This document shows, piece by piece, positions 1 through 7,261 of a stretch of DNA of 64,000 nt. The translations under genes were made by a program, and so were the position numbers. Under the pieces are notes generated by a model. It worked only from the letters and a program-made list of their open reading frames with translations, searched no databases and was not told the DNA's origin. Origin of the DNA: Vulcanimicrobiota bacterium (GTDB taxonomy: Bacteria > Vulcanimicrobiota > Vulcanimicrobiia > Vulcanimicrobiales > Vulcanimicrobiaceae); assembly GCA_963812155.1 (NCBI GenBank), contig CAWETW010000003.1, forward strand, positions 1,024,001-1,088,000, read 5' to 3'. How positions within the stretch are numbered: position 1 is the first letter of the stretch; each line of letters starts with the position of its first letter.

Positions 1-177
1 CGTTTCGTACGCGCGCAGTTCGTTTTCGAGCGACGTGCGCGCCGCACTCGAAAGCGCCCCGGAACCGTCGGTGACGTAATGGTTGGGGGTCGGCGGCGGG
101 GCGAAATCGGCTGCCGCAACGCCGAGGGGAAGGGCGACCGCCAGCGCAAGCAGCGCCGCAAAACAGATGCGGATCAT
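1..177 (-). CDS. TPM-domain (YgcG-like) protein, N-terminal part; runs off the window edge
   Basis: Manual translation from ATG 177 gives MIRICFAALLALAVALPLGVAAADFAPPPTPNHYVTDGSGALSSAARTSLENELRAYET: signal peptide plus typical TPM start. ATGA overlap with the upstream TPM gene; lemA-TPM-TPM operon context. Confidence 0.75.
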   Translation of the reverse strand, partial: MIRICFAALLALAVALPLGVAAADFAPPPTPNHYVTDGSGALSSAARTSLENELRAYET

Positions 178-563
178 GACGATTCCCCGCCGGTCGAGGG
201 GAAGTGGGCGTGGAGCGCCTCGCCGATGCGGCCGACGGCATGCAGCACGCCGTCGCGGGTCTCTCCGCGGACGAAATATTGCCGGCTCTCGGCCACGACC
301 GCATTCCAAAACTCGTCGCCGACGCGTTGGTGCAGCGCACGATCGCCGATCACGGCAAACTTGCGCGCGCCGGGCGCGACGAGGACCAGTGCCGCGTTGC
401 CGGCATCGTGGCGGTGCAGACCGGTGCGGGCGAACTCATGCACGGCGCGCTCGAAGGCGTCGACCGTTTTGTCGGGGATGACGCGAACCGCGATGCGCCC
501 CGTCGTACCGTCTTCGGCACTCGCGATGGCGCGGGCGATGTCGGCGCGATCGGCGGCGTTCAC
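174..563 (-). CDS. TPM-domain (DUF477-like) protein
   Basis: IARAIASAEDGTTGRIAV, FARTGLH, ALVLVAPGARKFAVIGD motifs; coupled to lemA. Confidence 0.8.
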   Translation of the reverse strand: MNAADRADIARAIASAEDGTTGRIAVRVIPDKTVDAFERAVHEFARTGLHRHDAGNAALVLVAPGARKFAVIGDRALHQRVGDEFWNAVVAESRQYFVRGETRDGVLHAVGRIGEALHAHFPSTGGESS

Positions 564-1177
564 TGCTGGAAGTTCACCGTTGGGGGCGTCTGCGCGCCGG
601 CTTGCGCTTGGAAGTAGGGCTTTTCGTTAAAGCGGCTCCCGAACATGCCGGCGAACATGACGGCCGGAAACGTGTCGCGTTTGGTGTTGAAAGCGCGCGC
701 ATCGTCGTTGTATTTTTTCCGTTCGTAGGCGATGCGATTTTCCGTGCCCTCGAGCTGCGCTTGCAGCGTTTGGAAATTTTCGGTCGCTTTGAGTTGCGGA
801 TAGTTCTCGGACACCGCAAGCAGGCGCGACAGCGCCGACCCGAGCTGGTCTTGCGCCTGCGCGTAACGCGCGAAGTCTTGCGGGTTATTGACCGCGTTGG
901 CGACGACCTGGGGAGAAATCTGGCCGACGCTGGCGCGCGCCTTCGCGACGTTTTCGTACGTGCTCGATTCGAAGTTGGCCGCTCCTTTGACGGTCGCGAC
1001 GAGGTTCGGAATGAGATCGGCGCGCCGCTGATAGACGTTCTGCACCTGGCCCCATTGCGCGTCGACGGCTTGGCTCAGCGTGACGAGCGAGTTATACGTC
1101 GCGCCGGCGAAAAGCGCGATGATAACGACCACGGCGATGACGACGATGGGGCCGGTCATCGATCGGCGTTGCTGCAT
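560..1177 (-). CDS. lemA: LemA family protein
   Basis: N-terminal TM segment; YNSLV, WGQVQNVYQRRADLIPNLV, ENYPQLKA, LEGTENRI; GAGGAG RBS. Confidence 0.95.
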   Translation of the reverse strand: MQQRRSMTGPIVVIAVVVIIALFAGATYNSLVTLSQAVDAQWGQVQNVYQRRADLIPNLVATVKGAANFESSTYENVAKARASVGQISPQVVANAVNNPQDFARYAQAQDQLGSALSRLLAVSENYPQLKATENFQTLQAQLEGTENRIAYERKKYNDDARAFNTKRDTFPAVMFAGMFGSRFNEKPYFQAQAGAQTPPTVNFQQ

Positions 1178-1198
1178 GCCGGTTCTCCTCGAGTAGCG

Positions 1199-2842
1199 CT
1201 AGATGCGCCATTCCCACGCGTTCCAAAAGGGCGTGACCGCGTGAGCCGGGCGATAGTTCTGCAAATCGGTGTTGACGACGTCGAGTTCCTGCTGATACCA
1301 GAGAACGAAGAACGGTAAGCCTTCCGCGGCGATCTCTTGAATGCGGTAATAGGCTGCGCGGCGCACGGGCGGATCGTACTGGGTGAGGGCCTCGTTCTCG
1401 GCGGCGTCGAGCGCGGGACTGCAAAAGTGGTAGACGTTCCAGCCGTTCGGCGGCGCCATTTTGCACGCAATGAGGATGGAGTCGTCGGGGTCGAAGCCGT
1501 TCGCCCAATTTTCGAAGATGACGTCGAACTTTCCGGACTGCTCGATGCCGCCGGCCGACTGCGTCGCGTAGAGCTGGCCTGACGGATAGTTCTTGATGCT
1601 TACGTCGACGCCGGCCTGACGCCATTGCGCCTGGATGAGTTCTTCGGCGGCGGCGGCCGTTTGCGACCCCGTGAAGCTGGCCAGCGTGAGCGCGAGCGGG
1701 CGGCCGTTTCGGTAACGGATGCCGTCGGACTGCATGCGCCAACCGGCGGCGGCGAGCAGCCGCGCGGCCGCCGCGAGGTCGTAGGGATAGTGACGTGCGT
1801 GCGGATCGTACGCCCAGGAAAACGGCGGCTGATCGGTTTCGCCGAGAATCGTCACGCCGTGCGTCACCTTATCCACGAGCGCTTTGCGATCGGTTGCGTA
1901 CGCCAGCGCGCGGCGCACCCGCACGTCGCTCAGCGCGGGAACCGACGCGTTGAATCCGATGTCCGCGTAACGCGTGAACGGCGAGAGCACGACGCGAGTT
2001 CCAGGAATGCCGCGCAGGCTTTGCACCATCGTTTCGGGCGCGCGATAGAAAAAGTCGATCGCGTGGGATTGCAACATGGCGAGCATCGTGTTGTCGTTGG
2101 CAACGATGTGCCACTCGATGCGGCGCAGGCCGGGCGGCCCGCGCCAATACCGATCGTTCGCCGTGAAGACGATTTCGGAGCCGCGTTCGTAGCGCTCGAT
2201 GCGGAAGGGCCCGGTCCCTACCGGCCGTTCGTTATAGGCAACGCGATTGAGGTCGGGATAGCGCGAGAGCAAATGTTTCGGGAGAATGCAGTCGGGATGG
2301 TTGGCCATCGTGAAAAAGCCTGCCACGAACGGCGCGTAACGGCGTTTGAGATGCACGACGACCGTATAGGCGTCGAGCTGGTCGATGCTCGAGATCAGAT
2401 CGTAGCCTTGGCGGCTGACGACCGCGTTGCGCGGATTGAGCATTTGATGCCACGTGTAGACGAGATCGCCGGCGGTGAACGGCACGCCGTCTTGCCACGT
2501 GACGCCGCGGCGCAAGCGATACCTGATCGCCAAACCGTCTTTCGAGATATCGCCGTTGCGCAGCGTCGGCTCGCGCATCGCCAACTCCGGGACGAGCACG
2601 TTTTTGTCGCTGACGTGGAAGAGATAGGCAGCCCAGAACATCGAGAGATCGGTGTCGATGGTCTCGGTTCCGAGCAGGATGTTGAGGTTCGAAGGGTCCT
2701 GACGCGACGCGATGCGCAAAACGCCGGGAACCGTCCACGCATTGCCTTGGCCGGCGTGGCGGTCGCCGGTGCGCGTGCACGCGGTTGCGGCGAGGGCGGC
2801 GAGGACGAGCGACGCGGCAATCCGCGCGGCGCGTCTTTCAAT
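1199..2842 (-). CDS. Peptide/nickel ABC transporter substrate-binding lipoprotein (family 5); start codon uncertain
   Basis: LRRGVTWQDGVPFTAGD and PVGTGPF motifs. The frame extends upstream of the track start (2719) through a lipoprotein signal RRAARIAASLVLAALAATAC to about 2842, with no in-frame ATG/GTG/TTG (ATT at 2842, or an out-of-frame TTG at 2841). Confidence 0.85.
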   Translation of the reverse strand: MERRAARIAASLVLAALAATACTRTGDRHAGQGNAWTVPGVLRIASRQDPSNLNILLGTETIDTDLSMFWAAYLFHVSDKNVLVPELAMREPTLRNGDISKDGLAIRYRLRRGVTWQDGVPFTAGDLVYTWHQMLNPRNAVVSRQGYDLISSIDQLDAYTVVVHLKRRYAPFVAGFFTMANHPDCILPKHLLSRYPDLNRVAYNERPVGTGPFRIERYERGSEIVFTANDRYWRGPPGLRRIEWHIVANDNTMLAMLQSHAIDFFYRAPETMVQSLRGIPGTRVVLSPFTRYADIGFNASVPALSDVRVRRALAYATDRKALVDKVTHGVTILGETDQPPFSWAYDPHARHYPYDLAAAARLLAAAGWRMQSDGIRYRNGRPLALTLASFTGSQTAAAAEELIQAQWRQAGVDVSIKNYPSGQLYATQSAGGIEQSGKFDVIFENWANGFDPDDSILIACKMAPPNGWNVYHFCSPALDAAENEALTQYDPPVRRAAYYRIQEIAAEGLPFFVLWYQQELDVVNTDLQNYRPAHAVTPFWNAWEWRI

Positions 2843-3653
2843 GATGGTCCTTGCGCTGCGCCGGGGCTCGCGCGCGCATTTCGTCGACGAGTTCGACGAT
2901 GCCGGCGGCCGCGGCGTCGAAGAGCGCGCGACCTTTTTCGGGCGTCGCCTTGGTCGGATCGCCCATCACGCCGGTGTCGCTGATCGCGCTCCAATGCTCC
3001 ATCATCACGAGCGGTCCGTCGCCGCCGATCAAATCGCCCCAGTAGTTTTTCGACGGGCGATGGGAGAGTTCGCGCACGGCCTGGGACATGTCGACTAACT
3101 CCGGTGCTAGCGCGAGATAGAGCGACGTCTCGAACTCGCAGGCGTGATTCATTCCGCCGATTCTGTCCGATTCGCGCAACGATTCGGCCACCTCTCGCAC
3201 GCCGGGGGCCGCCCAGTAATTCACGGCGGCGGCGAGCACGCCGGTCTCGACGACGGCCAGGCGCGCGATGATGTCGATAAACGGCGTGTTGCTGCCGTGC
3301 CCGTTGACGATCAGGATTTTGCGGAAACCGTGATGCGCGAGACTGCGGCAGACGTCGACGCCGTAGTCGATGAGCGTGTGGGCGCCGATCGTAATCGCTC
3401 CCGGGAAATCGAGGTGATGTGGGCTATAGCCGTGGTTGATCGCCGGCACTAGCACGACGCGGTCGCCGGCGCGCGCGGCGGCCTCTTCGCAGACCGCAGT
3501 GCACAGGCGCAAATCGGTGTCGATCGGCAGATGGCGGCCGTGGTCTTCGAGCGTCGCGATCGGGACGATCGCCACCCGCCCTTGCTGCGCGGCCTGTTTC
3601 ACTTCAGGCCACGTCAGTTCTCCATAGCGGTATTTCGCGAGCGTACTAGTCAC
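2838..3653 (-). CDS. Creatininase / creatinine amidohydrolase family protein
   Basis: EDHGRHLPIDTD, NGHGSN, HACEFETS, GVMGDPTKATPEKG motifs. Confidence 0.92.
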   Translation of the reverse strand: MTSTLAKYRYGELTWPEVKQAAQQGRVAIVPIATLEDHGRHLPIDTDLRLCTAVCEEAAARAGDRVVLVPAINHGYSPHHLDFPGAITIGAHTLIDYGVDVCRSLAHHGFRKILIVNGHGSNTPFIDIIARLAVVETGVLAAAVNYWAAPGVREVAESLRESDRIGGMNHACEFETSLYLALAPELVDMSQAVRELSHRPSKNYWGDLIGGDGPLVMMEHWSAISDTGVMGDPTKATPEKGRALFDAAAAGIVELVDEMRARAPAQRKDHH

Positions 3654-3684
3654 TCAACGTGACGTTGCTCGCTGTCCGCCGGCG

Positions 3685-3760
3685 GTCCTTCGACTGCGCG
3701 TGCTGCGCACGCGGAGCCTGTGCTGAGCGAGCGAAGCGAGTCGAAGTGCTCGGATGACAC
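3685..3760. repeat. REP-like palindromic element, composite copy with an inverted unit nested inside
   Basis: GTCCTTCGACTGCGCGTGCTGCGCACGC...GCTCGGATGACAC enclosing GCTGAGCGAGCGAAGCGAGTCGAAG; shares its ends with copies at 5224, 24378, 24451 and 43690. Confidence 0.8.
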
Positions 3761-3776
3761 GGTCAGGATCACACGG

Positions 3777-5210
3777 CTAGTCGGGCGGCCCGCCGTCTTT
3801 TTGGATGATTTCTTGTGATCGCGTGAAACCGGGGCGGCGCAGGAAATACGCCTGGCCAAACGGCGCGCGGAATGGCGTGAACTTTCCCGGCGATTGCTTG
3901 AAGTCTAAGATGTCGCCGATCGAGTTTGCGCGGACGTCGGTCGCTCCGAGCGATCCGGTGCTGAAGTTTTGTTCGATAAACTTGAGCACGCTGCCGAACT
4001 CGTACTGCGTTTTGGAGACGTAGTGGCGCTTGGCGTAGGGCGAGATCACGAGCAGCGGCACGCGCATGCCGAGGCTCGTGTAATCGAGTTGCGGCGGCGG
4101 CACGTTGTCGTAGAAGCCGCCCCAGTCGTCCCAGAGCACGACGATGACCGTGCTGTTCCAATAGGGGCTCTGTCCGACGGCGTTAACCACCGACGACACC
4201 CACGAGGGGCCCTTGTTGTTGCCGCTTGCGGGATGGTCGGAGTCGGGCAGGTACGGAATCACCCACGAGACTTGCGGGAGCGTCCCGGCTTTGATGTCTT
4301 TGAAGATCTTGGTGTTGGGAGTGCTGACGTTTTTCCAATCCGAACCGTATCGCACGCCCTTGATCGCGTCGAAGCCGTTCCAGACTCCGCCCGAAAAGTC
4401 GTCGAGGAATCCGGCGACGTAGAATCGCCAGGAGACTTTGGCGGCGTCGAGCACGTCGGCCATGGTCTTATACTGCGTCAGGCACGGAAACGGGCCGGCG
4501 TTGTCGTCGACCTTGCCGTTGCTGTAGATCAATCCCGTGGTGGTGCGCTTGTCTTCGTTGTCGCAGCCCCACGGGATCGACGACGGCGTATCCACCAGCG
4601 ACTCGTTGGAGTTCAGTGCGGTCGTGCCGGCGATTATCTGCTGGTGCGCGACGAAACTGTCGGTCGTCGCGGTCGAGAACATGTGATCGCCCACCGCGTA
4701 GCGCGACGCCATGTCCCAATACGGCTGCACCTCGCTGCGCTCGACGAACGCGTAGGGATAAAACAGCGCCGGACCGTTGCCGCCCGCGGTTCCAAATGAG
4801 ATGGTGTCGAACCCATCCATCTTTCCGCCGTCGTATTCGGCTTCGAACGCGGCGTGATCGTGGGCGATGTCGGTTCCGCCCAAACACTTGCAGGTCTCCA
4901 GCGTGATCTGCTGCAGCGGCACCGGCGTGGGCGACGGACCGGGGCAGATCTCCTTATGTTTCGGCGGCGTGTACGGGATGCACAAGCCCGTCGTGCTGGT
5001 ATCGGCGCCCGGAAAACTCATGAAGATGTTGTTGAAGCTGCGGTTCTCTTGCAGCATCACGATGACGTGCTGGATCTTCGAGACGGGCGGAGGCGTCGGC
5101 GTAGGGCCGGCCGATCCCGTTGGCAGGGGAGCCGTCGACGTATTGAGATTCGAACTGCAGCCGCCCGCAGCGATGATTGCGAGGGCGATGAAAGTCCGAA
5201 AGCGATTCAC
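3777..5210 (-). CDS. Phosphoesterase (AcpA/phospholipase C family) lipoprotein, copy 1
   Basis: Lipobox [42 protein letters not shown]. Confidence 0.92.
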   Translation of the reverse strand: MNRFRTFIALAIIAAGGCSSNLNTSTAPLPTGSAGPTPTPPPVSKIQHVIVMLQENRSFNNIFMSFPGADTSTTGLCIPYTPPKHKEICPGPSPTPVPLQQITLETCKCLGGTDIAHDHAAFEAEYDGGKMDGFDTISFGTAGGNGPALFYPYAFVERSEVQPYWDMASRYAVGDHMFSTATTDSFVAHQQIIAGTTALNSNESLVDTPSSIPWGCDNEDKRTTTGLIYSNGKVDDNAGPFPCLTQYKTMADVLDAAKVSWRFYVAGFLDDFSGGVWNGFDAIKGVRYGSDWKNVSTPNTKIFKDIKAGTLPQVSWVIPYLPDSDHPASGNNKGPSWVSSVVNAVGQSPYWNSTVIVVLWDDWGGFYDNVPPPQLDYTSLGMRVPLLVISPYAKRHYVSKTQYEFGSVLKFIEQNFSTGSLGATDVRANSIGDILDFKQSPGKFTPFRAPFGQAYFLRRPGFTRSQEIIQKDGGPPD

Positions 5211-5223
5211 GTAGTTTCCTCCA

Positions 5224-5266
5224 GTCCTTCGACTGCGGCGCTGCGCGCCTCCGCTCAGGATGACAC
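5224..5266. repeat. REP-like palindromic element
   Basis: GTCCTTCGACTGCGGCGCTGCGCGCCTCCGCTCAGGATGACAC; one mismatch to the copy at 24378-24420. Confidence 0.85.
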
Positions 5267-5393
5267 GCGTGGGGACGACACACGTTTTTGCGTGTTTTGG
5301 GGCGTTCCCTCGAAAACGCAGGAAAAACGACCGTGGTTATTGCACCAAAGGAACGCTAAAATCTAGTGGTTTCCGTACGTAAGGAGAAAGTCA

Positions 5394-5903
5394 ATGCGTT
5401 ATCTCACCTCGGCGCTGGCAATCGTAGCGATCGCATTCGCATTCGCGGCTTGCACCGGCAAGTCGTCGTCGAGTTCCGACCAGTCAAACTCGACGAGCGC
5501 GGAAGCGACCGCCGCGGCGAGCGGGGAAGCAACCGCAGCGCCGAGCTCGGATGCCGGCGCGATGAGTTCCGAGGCCAGCGCCGAACCGGCCGCTGCCGCG
5601 GCATCCGGCCCGATTCCGGACTATCCGGGCGCGACGGTGCGCAGCCAAAGCGACGCGTCGAACATGATGACGACCAACGCAATGGGGCGCGTCCTCGAAA
5701 CGCCGGATTCGTTCGATAAGGTCTATCAGTGGTACCAGCAGAAAATGCCGCCGGATTCAGAGCGCATGCACGTGACGCAGCCTCACCCGGACGCCGTCTT
5801 CGTCATCACCGATCCGGCCAAGGGTCAGGATTCGGTGGCGATCGTGGTCAGCCACGGTAAGACGATGATTACGATCGCCCACGTGGGCCTAAAAACGAAG
5901 TAG
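5394..5903 (+). CDS. Hypothetical lipoprotein with Ser/Ala-rich linker
   Basis: AAGGAG RBS; lipobox FAAC; C-terminal domain beginning IPDYPGA and containing TPDSFDKVYQWYQ. Confidence 0.75.
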   Translation: MRYLTSALAIVAIAFAFAACTGKSSSSSDQSNSTSAEATAAASGEATAAPSSDAGAMSSEASAEPAAAAASGPIPDYPGATVRSQSDASNMMTTNAMGRVLETPDSFDKVYQWYQQKMPPDSERMHVTQPHPDAVFVITDPAKGQDSVAIVVSHGKTMITIAHVGLKTK

Positions 5904-5915
5904 CGAGCGCGGCGG

Positions 5916-6176
5916 CTATTTTTGAACGGCGCGCCACGCGCCGTCATCGCCGCCGCTCCACTCCACGTACCAGCCGCCGCCGCATGGAATGGCGGGCTTG
6001 TCGAGTTGGTCGGGAGCGATGCCGAACGCCATGAGAACGTGCTTCGACGCTTCGCGCATCTCGCGCGACCAGCGTTCGACTTCGGGAGTCGCAGTGGCCG
6101 GAATAGCCCGGGTTGCCCGAGCGATTCCGTTGAGTCCGTCGGCGATCGAAGCGGCGATCGCCTTGTAGTCGATCAC
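5916..6176 (-). CDS. Small hypothetical protein (86 aa)
   Basis: GTG start 3 nt after the HD-GYP stop; protein-like composition; fills the gap to the convergent gene. Confidence 0.6.
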   Translation of the reverse strand: MIDYKAIAASIADGLNGIARATRAIPATATPEVERWSREMREASKHVLMAFGIAPDQLDKPAIPCGGGWYVEWSGGDDGAWRAVQK

Positions 6177-6179
6177 GAG

Positions 6180-6992
6180 TTATGCAGCAGTCGAGCGGAC
6201 GATGCGCAACCGGCGCGTGCCCATCAAGCGGTCGAGCGCAGCGACGACGTCCGAATCGTAGAGTTTTCCGGCGTGGTCGTCGAGATGGACGAGCGCGTCG
6301 TGAACGGCCAGCGTCCCGCTTGCGGATGCCATCGTCGTGAAGACGTCAGCGACGGAAAGGATGCGCACTTCCAGCGGAATGTCCGGGCCGCGCAGTCGAT
6401 CGGGATAACCGGATCCGTCGAGACGTTCGTGATGGGCGCGAATCCAAGGTGCATAACGCTGGAGTGCGGGAATCGCGCGCAGCATGTTTTCACCGGCAGC
6501 GGCGTGGCCGTCCGTGTGCGTCCCCTGCGTGGCGATCTTTCCGACGTCTAATAGGCGTCCGGCGACGACGACGTCGTGGACGCGATCTCCGTCGAGCCCG
6601 AGGGACTTGGCGATGCTACCGGCAAGGGTGCCCACACCCGAGAGATGAGTGGAGAGCGTCGGATCGACGGCTCGAATCATCTCATGCATCGCATCGACCA
6701 AGTCCTCGGGCTTCGTGCCTCGGACGGAGGCTTGTTCCCACGCAACTTCGCGGACACGCTCGCGCAGCGCATCAAGACGAGCGAGCGTCGTGCGGCGGCG
6801 CTGTGCCGGAATTTGCGTGGATATTTCAACGCTTGCGCGATCGACGAGAGCTTCGATCTCGTCGGGCGTGGCGGCGTGCATCTCGCGCCGCACCCAATCG
6901 ACGATCGCCCAGCGATCCTCGAGCGTCACTTCGTTGGCAACGATCGAGAGCAGCTCAGAGTAGGCGGAGTGCTCTCCGGGATAGCGCTTCAT
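6180..6992 (-). CDS. HD-GYP domain protein with degenerate HD motif
   Basis: HHERLDGSGYPDRLRGPDIP and RILSVADVF are present; the HD position reads RLLDVGK instead of the usual LLHDIGK. Confidence 0.85.
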   Translation of the reverse strand: MKRYPGEHSAYSELLSIVANEVTLEDRWAIVDWVRREMHAATPDEIEALVDRASVEISTQIPAQRRRTTLARLDALRERVREVAWEQASVRGTKPEDLVDAMHEMIRAVDPTLSTHLSGVGTLAGSIAKSLGLDGDRVHDVVVAGRLLDVGKIATQGTHTDGHAAAGENMLRAIPALQRYAPWIRAHHERLDGSGYPDRLRGPDIPLEVRILSVADVFTTMASASGTLAVHDALVHLDDHAGKLYDSDVVAALDRLMGTRRLRIVRSTAA

Positions 6993-6998
6993 GCCAGA

Positions 6999-7085
6999 CT
7001 ACGGGTTTGGCAGGTACGGCGGAACGATGTTGGGCAGCACGTGGTGCGCGAACACAATCAACTGGTGGAGTACGGCCAAAAGCAT
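6999..7085 (-). CDS. Putative small hydrophobic peptide (28 aa), not in the ORF track
   Basis: MLLAVLHQLIVFAHHVLPNIVPPYLPNP*; AAGGAG RBS at 7097-7102; TAGAAT -10 at 7121-7126; stop 6 nt before the HD-GYP start. Confidence 0.6.
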   Translation of the reverse strand: MLLAVLHQLIVFAHHVLPNIVPPYLPNP

Positions 7086-7261
7086 GGGGGAGGGTTCTCC
7101 TTAGTGAGGCAAGTGCGTTGATTCTACCGGGTGCCGGATTCGCGCGCATGACACTTCGATGCTATCGTCGCTCTCTATGACTTCGCTGCTGCGCAAGCTG
7201 CGATCTAGGTGGCACGGATAGGTGCGCGCTCGCGGGGAGGCACGCTTTGTCTGAGGATTAT

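Noticed and set aside
2838..3653. Mycofactocin (MftE) or other RiPP cluster
   Set aside because: No precursor, radical SAM or RRE genes nearby; a general creatininase-family call is all that is supported.
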